A DNA stretch of 61,605 nt, filler included, from Sanchytrium tribonematis (taxonomy: Eukaryota), in the NCBI GenBank assembly GCA_018985235.1. It is 8 parts of 8 records of this genome, joined end to end, with 100 filler letters (N's around TTAATTAATTAA, not from the genome) between each part and the next. Parts side by side here need not be neighbours in the genome. Positions count along the whole stretch, not along the records: positions 56,637 to 61,605 come from JADGIG010000656.1; 7 more parts are not named here. One strand, written 5' to 3'. A program made the position numbers and the translations under genes. The notes beneath the pieces were generated by a model that did not search any database, was not told the DNA's origin, and was given only the letters and a program-made list of their open reading frames with translations. Shown here one piece after another: positions 56,939 to 61,605 of the stretch (the stretch's first letter is position 1; every line of letters begins with the position of its first letter).

Positions 56939-58099
56939 ATGATATTCGCTACAACAATCCTAGCGCATTGTCAAACGACTTACATTGGTCTCAATGGAGA
57001 CTTTCGAGAAATGAGAGATCCTCCAAACGGAGACCACAATGGCTTCTATCCATTAGATCACGCTGATTTGCCTTTCAGAAATCCAGGCAATTGGGAAGTC
57101 GCAGTTTGCAGAAACACGACTACTAAATCCCCGAATCCTCTGACTGTCAAACCAGGAGATAAACTCACTTTGGACTTCCGTCCAGAATGTAATTCCGGTA
57201 CCAAACAGGGTGAGCAAGTGACTGTCATGTCTCAAGGTAAGAAGATTCAAGCGGACACTGGAGATTGGGATGGCGGTCCACGTCACAAAGGAGGATACTG
57301 TCAAGTTTCCATGACTTACACAAAAGCGCCTAAAGATAAGAACCCTCAGTGGTCTGATTTCGTCGTCATAGCACAATATATTGGAAAATGTCCCGACTCT
57401 ACCTCAGAATGGGATTTCAATTTACCAGATCAACTCCCTAGTGGAGAAGCTGTTATGATGTGGACTTGGTTCAGCGGACACGGAAGAGCTGAATTCTATT
57501 CTACTTGTTGGGATGTCATCGTAGAAGGAAATTCCTACGATAAGGGTATTTATGGATTCTGTGTCAAATATGGCAATTTGAATGAAACAGGCAAATTCTT
57601 CTTACCAGTTGACAAAATTACTAAAAAAACATCGACATCTGGATCTGTCGAATACAAGGGAAAAGCTGGTAATCCGTCAACAGATACGACACTAGTCGCC
57701 ATTAAAACAGCCCCACAAATGGGATGTGATGACACATTCGACTACATGCATACTTTGGACCGATTACCACCTACTGGACCATTTGGCAGTGGATATAAAC
57801 AAGGAACACCTAGTTTACCAGCAGTACCAACAGAAACAGCAACTCCAAATCCACAAAATCACTACAACCAGAACAAGACACATACAGGGGACAATAATGC
57901 TCCTCCAGCGACAGAAAGTGGGGAACCTGCCGCATCTAGCCCAACTGCAACACCAAATCCACATAGGGGACATGCAGCACCAAGTCCAACTGAAGAACCT
58001 GCACCGCCAAGTCCACATCCACATTCTAGTCCAAGTGGAGGAGATAATCCTCATCCAAGTGGAAGCGGAAGCACGAGAAGATGCATGAAGAAACATTAA
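56939..58099 (+). CDS. AA11-like lytic polysaccharide monooxygenase, copy 1
   Basis: His directly after the leader; RHKGGYCQVSMTY, FVVIAQYIGKCP and LPSGEAVMMWTWF...RAEFYSTCWDV; Pro/Ser/Thr tail. Confidence 0.85.
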   Translation: MIFATTILAHCQTTYIGLNGDFREMRDPPNGDHNGFYPLDHADLPFRNPGNWEVAVCRNTTTKSPNPLTVKPGDKLTLDFRPECNSGTKQGEQVTVMSQGKKIQADTGDWDGGPRHKGGYCQVSMTYTKAPKDKNPQWSDFVVIAQYIGKCPDSTSEWDFNLPDQLPSGEAVMMWTWFSGHGRAEFYSTCWDVIVEGNSYDKGIYGFCVKYGNLNETGKFFLPVDKITKKTSTSGSVEYKGKAGNPSTDTTLVAIKTAPQMGCDDTFDYMHTLDRLPPTGPFGSGYKQGTPSLPAVPTETATPNPQNHYNQNKTHTGDNNAPPATESGEPAASSPTATPNPHRGHAAPSPTEEPAPPSPHPHSSPSGGDNPHPSGSGSTRRCMKKH

Positions 58100-58264
58100 A
58101 TCAAAGGAATAAATTGGAACGATTTGATTTTATTTTACACTTAAAAATTCAGATGCTTTGTTTGATATTTGGTTAAATTTTTTACCCTTATTGAGAGTCT
58201 GCTTGCTGTTAAATTGCAAGTTGGGTCACGACTCTGCAAGACCTGTTAGACCGTTTGATTGGTG

Positions 58265-58348
58265 TCGGCAAGGGATCGGCAAGTGTTTTTCCGCTTGCAA
58301 ATCATTTGATTCGCTAACTCATAATGTTCTGTTTGTTTTAAAGAATCC
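58265..58348 (+). promoter_or_regulatory. Conserved upstream module of LPMO gene 2 (TCGGCAAG x2; GATCGGCAAGT at -92; TTTAAAGAATCC at -29)
   Basis: Direct comparison of the three upstream regions. Confidence 0.65.
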
Positions 58349-58365
58349 GATTACTTCCCTGCATT

Positions 58366-59496
58366 ATGTTATTCGCAACAACAGTATTAGCGCATTGCCA
58401 AACAACCTATGTAGGTCTCAATGGAGACTTTAGGGGTATGAGAGATGGTCCAAATGGAGAAGATAATAGTTTTTATCCATTAAATCATGCGGATCTGCCT
58501 TTCAGAATTCCTGGCAACTGGAAATATGCTGTATGTAGAAATACAACTACCAAATCACCAGATCCACTCACTGTCAAACCTGGTGACAAACTCACATTGG
58601 ATTTCCGTCCAGAGTGTAATTCTGGCACTAAAGAGGGTGAAGAAATCACAGTCATGTCCCGTGGTAAAAAAATCAAAGCACAATCAGGGGATTTTGACGG
58701 TGCTTCACGTCACAAGGGAGGATACTGTCAAGTCTCTATGACTTACACGCAAACACCAGATGGTGTGAATCCGCAATGGTCTGATTTCGTCGTCATTGCG
58801 CAATACAAAGGAAAATGTCCAGATTCCAAAACAGAATGGGACTTCAATTTACCAGATCAACTCCCAAGTGGAGAAGCTGTCATGATGTGGACTTGGTTTA
58901 GTGCCCATGGAAGAGCCGAATTCTATTCTACTTGTTGGGATGTCATCGTTCAAGGAAATTCTTACGACAAAGGTATTTATGGATTCTGTGTTTTATACGG
59001 AAACTTGAATGATACAAGCAAATCTTTCTTGCCTGTTGCGCCTGGCAGAATCAGTACTTCTGGATCAGTCGAATACAAAGGAAAAGCTGGTAATCCAGCT
59101 GTTGATGCGACACTAGTAGCCATCAAAACTGCCCCACAAATGGGATGTGATGACACATTTCCTTATTATACAAGTTTGGACCGATTACCAGTGACTGGAC
59201 CATTCGGCAGTGGATATAAACAAGGGACACCTAGTTTACCAGCAGTACCAACAGAAACAGCACCACCTACTCCTCAAAATCACTACAACCATAACCAGAC
59301 ACACACAGGGAACCACAATGCTTCTCCAGCTACTGAAAGTGAAGAACCTGCCGCATCTAGCCCTACCTCAGCACCAAATCCACATAGGGGACATGCAGCA
59401 CCAAGTCCAACTGAAGAACCTGCACCGCCAAGTCCACATCCACATACCAGTCCAAGTGGAGGAGAAGGAGCAAGAAGATGTAAGAAGAAGCATTAA
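58366..59496 (+). CDS. AA11-like lytic polysaccharide monooxygenase, copy 2
   Basis: Same motifs as copy 1. Confidence 0.85.
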   Translation: MLFATTVLAHCQTTYVGLNGDFRGMRDGPNGEDNSFYPLNHADLPFRIPGNWKYAVCRNTTTKSPDPLTVKPGDKLTLDFRPECNSGTKEGEEITVMSRGKKIKAQSGDFDGASRHKGGYCQVSMTYTQTPDGVNPQWSDFVVIAQYKGKCPDSKTEWDFNLPDQLPSGEAVMMWTWFSAHGRAEFYSTCWDVIVQGNSYDKGIYGFCVLYGNLNDTSKSFLPVAPGRISTSGSVEYKGKAGNPAVDATLVAIKTAPQMGCDDTFPYYTSLDRLPVTGPFGSGYKQGTPSLPAVPTETAPPTPQNHYNHNQTHTGNHNASPATESEEPAASSPTSAPNPHRGHAAPSPTEEPAPPSPHPHTSPSGGEGARRCKKKH

Positions 59497-59841
59497 CTTT
59501 AAATAAATGACTGCAATTAATTTTATTTAAAATGTTTTTGAATTATCAGTGATTACAGAAATGTAACATCGCATTGGATACTTGACAGCCAACTTTCGCT
59601 AGGTTTTCATTTGCAAGGAATAATTTATTTTTGTAACATCGTTTAATCTCTTTCACCCATTCACATGTTTTTTGTTCCAAAAGTACATTTTTGATTCCCT
59701 GTCTTTAATATTCGATTGGTAATCTAAATCGATTCAATTCGACCGTATTTAGCTCCCCAAATCGGGCAAACACATTCATTAATTAACTGTTAAACTGAAA
59801 AACATCACGATGATGCCAATATTTGATAAACAGTTTAATTG

Positions 59842-59927
59842 GATCGGCAAGGGATCGGCAAGTCAATTTTACGCTTTTATTTCTCTGTGATTGGTCAGCC
59901 AATTTATTCTTGGGATTTAAAGAATCC
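59842..59927 (+). promoter_or_regulatory. Conserved upstream module of LPMO gene 3 (GATCGGCAAG x2; motifs at -92, -58 and -29)
   Basis: Direct comparison of the three upstream regions. Confidence 0.65.
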
Positions 59928-59944
59928 CGCATCCGTCTGACAGT

Positions 59945-61066
59945 ATGTTATTCACAACTACAATTCTAGCTCATTGCCAAACGACTTACATTGGTCTCAA
60001 TGGAGATTTTAGAGAAATGAGAGATCCAGCCAATGGAGACAATTATGGGTTTTATCCATTAGATCATATCGACAGACCATTCAGAAAACCTGGCAACTGG
60101 AAATATGCAGTGTGCAGAAACACAACCAAGAAATCACCAGATCCACTCACTGTCAAACCAGGTGACACTCTCACTTTGGATTTCCGTCCTGATTGTAATT
60201 CTGGGACTGTCCAGTATCAAAAGACCACAGTCATGCAAAAGGGACAAAAAGTACAAGCAGATTCAGGAGATTGGAATGGCGGACCACGTCACAAAGGTGG
60301 ATATTGTCAAATTTCAATGACTTATACGCAAACACCAGAAGGTGTGAATCCGCAATGGTCTGATTTTGTCGTTATTGCGCAGTATGAAGGCAGGTGTCCT
60401 GATGCCACCTCTGAATGGGATTTTAAATTGCCTGATTCTCTCCCAAGTGGAGAAGCAGTGATGATGTGGACCTGGTTTAGCGCAAAAGGAAGATCGGAAA
60501 TGTATTCCACTTGTTGGGATGTGAATGTGGAAGGAAATACGCAAGACAAGGGCATTTATGGATTTTGTGTTTTATATGGCAATTTAAATGAAACCAACAA
60601 ATTCTTTTTGCCTGTCGATGAAACACTAAATCATCCAAATACTTTTGGATCTATGGAATACAAGGGAGTAGCGGGTGATCCTTCTAAAGATGCAAGTACT
60701 ATAGCCATCAAAACAGCACCAGAAATGGGATGTGATGACACTTTTGACTATATGAAGAGTGTGAGTCGATTGCCTACAACTGGACCATTTGGAAGTGGCT
60801 ATCAACAAGGCAGCCCAAGTTTACCTGCTGCACCTTCTACGTCTACGGAAACTGCGCCGCCAAACCCAGAAAGTCATTATAACTTCAACAATACCAACAA
60901 CAATCCTACGCCACCCACAGGATCAGAAGATGGTGGACCAGCAGCATCTAGCCCAAGTCCAAGTGGACAATTAGCAGAGCCAAATCCATTTAGTGAAAAT
61001 CCACCAAATCCGACTTCAAATCCAAGTACGGGAGGAAGTATGAGAAGATGCATGAGAAAGTACTAA
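59945..61066 (+). CDS. AA11-like lytic polysaccharide monooxygenase, copy 3
   Basis: Same motifs as copy 1, with RSEMYSTC. Confidence 0.85.
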   Translation: MLFTTTILAHCQTTYIGLNGDFREMRDPANGDNYGFYPLDHIDRPFRKPGNWKYAVCRNTTKKSPDPLTVKPGDTLTLDFRPDCNSGTVQYQKTTVMQKGQKVQADSGDWNGGPRHKGGYCQISMTYTQTPEGVNPQWSDFVVIAQYEGRCPDATSEWDFKLPDSLPSGEAVMMWTWFSAKGRSEMYSTCWDVNVEGNTQDKGIYGFCVLYGNLNETNKFFLPVDETLNHPNTFGSMEYKGVAGDPSKDASTIAIKTAPEMGCDDTFDYMKSVSRLPTTGPFGSGYQQGSPSLPAAPSTSTETAPPNPESHYNFNNTNNNPTPPTGSEDGGPAASSPSPSGQLAEPNPFSENPPNPTSNPSTGGSMRRCMRKY

Positions 61067-61143
61067 GGCGGAATAAATGATTGAGTATTCAAATTGCCAT
61101 GTCTTTTTTAAAAATCACGGCATCTCCGCTGTCCCCTCAAAAC

Positions 61144-61605
61144 ATGATTTTACATGATGCTGCTTCAATTCAATCCCTACAGCACCATCAATTCATTATC
61201 AATCATATTATCCCTAATGAATCCATTATATCTCTCACAGGTCCATCAAATCACTGTAAATCTTTATTGGCATTAAATTTAATTTGTCACATTTCCACAT
61301 CTACCCCATTTTGCCATCAATCCATCTCCAATCCAGGTCATATTATTTATATTACATCGGATTCACTTATATCTATCAAAAATAGACTCTTATCATGGTC
61401 TATATTCCACAAATCAAATGTGGATTTAATTTATTTTGTAAATTCATTTGATTTGACAAATCAATCCCTATTAAATACATTTCTACAATCTATTTATCCA
61501 CTGAATCCATCTTTAATTGTCATTGATTCCATTTCAAGATGCGGTTATTCAAATTCAAATCAATTTATTCAAATTTTAGATTCGATTAAATCACTTTTAA
61601 ATTGT
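61144..61605 (+). CDS. RecA-fold ATPase, AAA_25/RepA-helicase-like, degenerate; 3'-partial (absent from the ORF track)
   Basis: 154 open codons: FIINHIIP...LTGPSNHCKSLLALNLICHIST...GHIIYITSD...RLLSWSIFH...LIVIDSISRC. Confidence 0.7.
   Translation, partial: MILHDAASIQSLQHHQFIINHIIPNESIISLTGPSNHCKSLLALNLICHISTSTPFCHQSISNPGHIIYITSDSLISIKNRLLSWSIFHKSNVDLIYFVNSFDLTNQSLLNTFLQSIYPLNPSLIVIDSISRCGYSNSNQFIQILDSIKSLLNC

Overview
The window is eukaryotic, AT-rich and extremely gene-dense. It is not one locus: seven artificial 100-bp linkers (44 N + TTAATTAATTAA + 44 N) join eight contigs (1-26047, 26148-31146, 31247-36227, 36328-41307, 41408-46387, 46488-51466, 51567-56536, 56637-61605), so adjacency across linkers has no biological meaning. 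Gene content (COX9, GUP1, YAF9, MSS4-like PIP5K, AA11-type LPMOs, a DUF3638/DUF3645 giant protein, EED, flagellar NME7) points to an early-diverging flagellated fungus with a compacted genome. A sanchytrid-like lineage is my inference and is untested. The main hidden signal is that nearly every frame break inside a host gene is repaired by removing a GT..AG segment of exactly 19 nt (10 cases on 6 contigs), plus one 20-nt case in a transposase. All 11 end in T-N-A-Y-N-TAG, which indicates fixed-length ultra-short spliceosomal introns with the branch A six nt from the 3' end. Other elements missing from the ORF track: a ~190-nt minimal nuclear RNase P RNA; a 2100-bp piggyBac-family transposon with a 2-bp AT (not TTAA) target duplication inserted in an LRR gene; COX9; a bacterial/phage-like AAA_25 helicase ORF; and a candidate 29-aa peptide gene. 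The window also holds a tandem array of Gly-loop-less, possibly secreted kinases and three AA11-like LPMOs with 9-residue leaders and position-locked upstream motifs. All product names come from motif recognition by eye; no database search was run.
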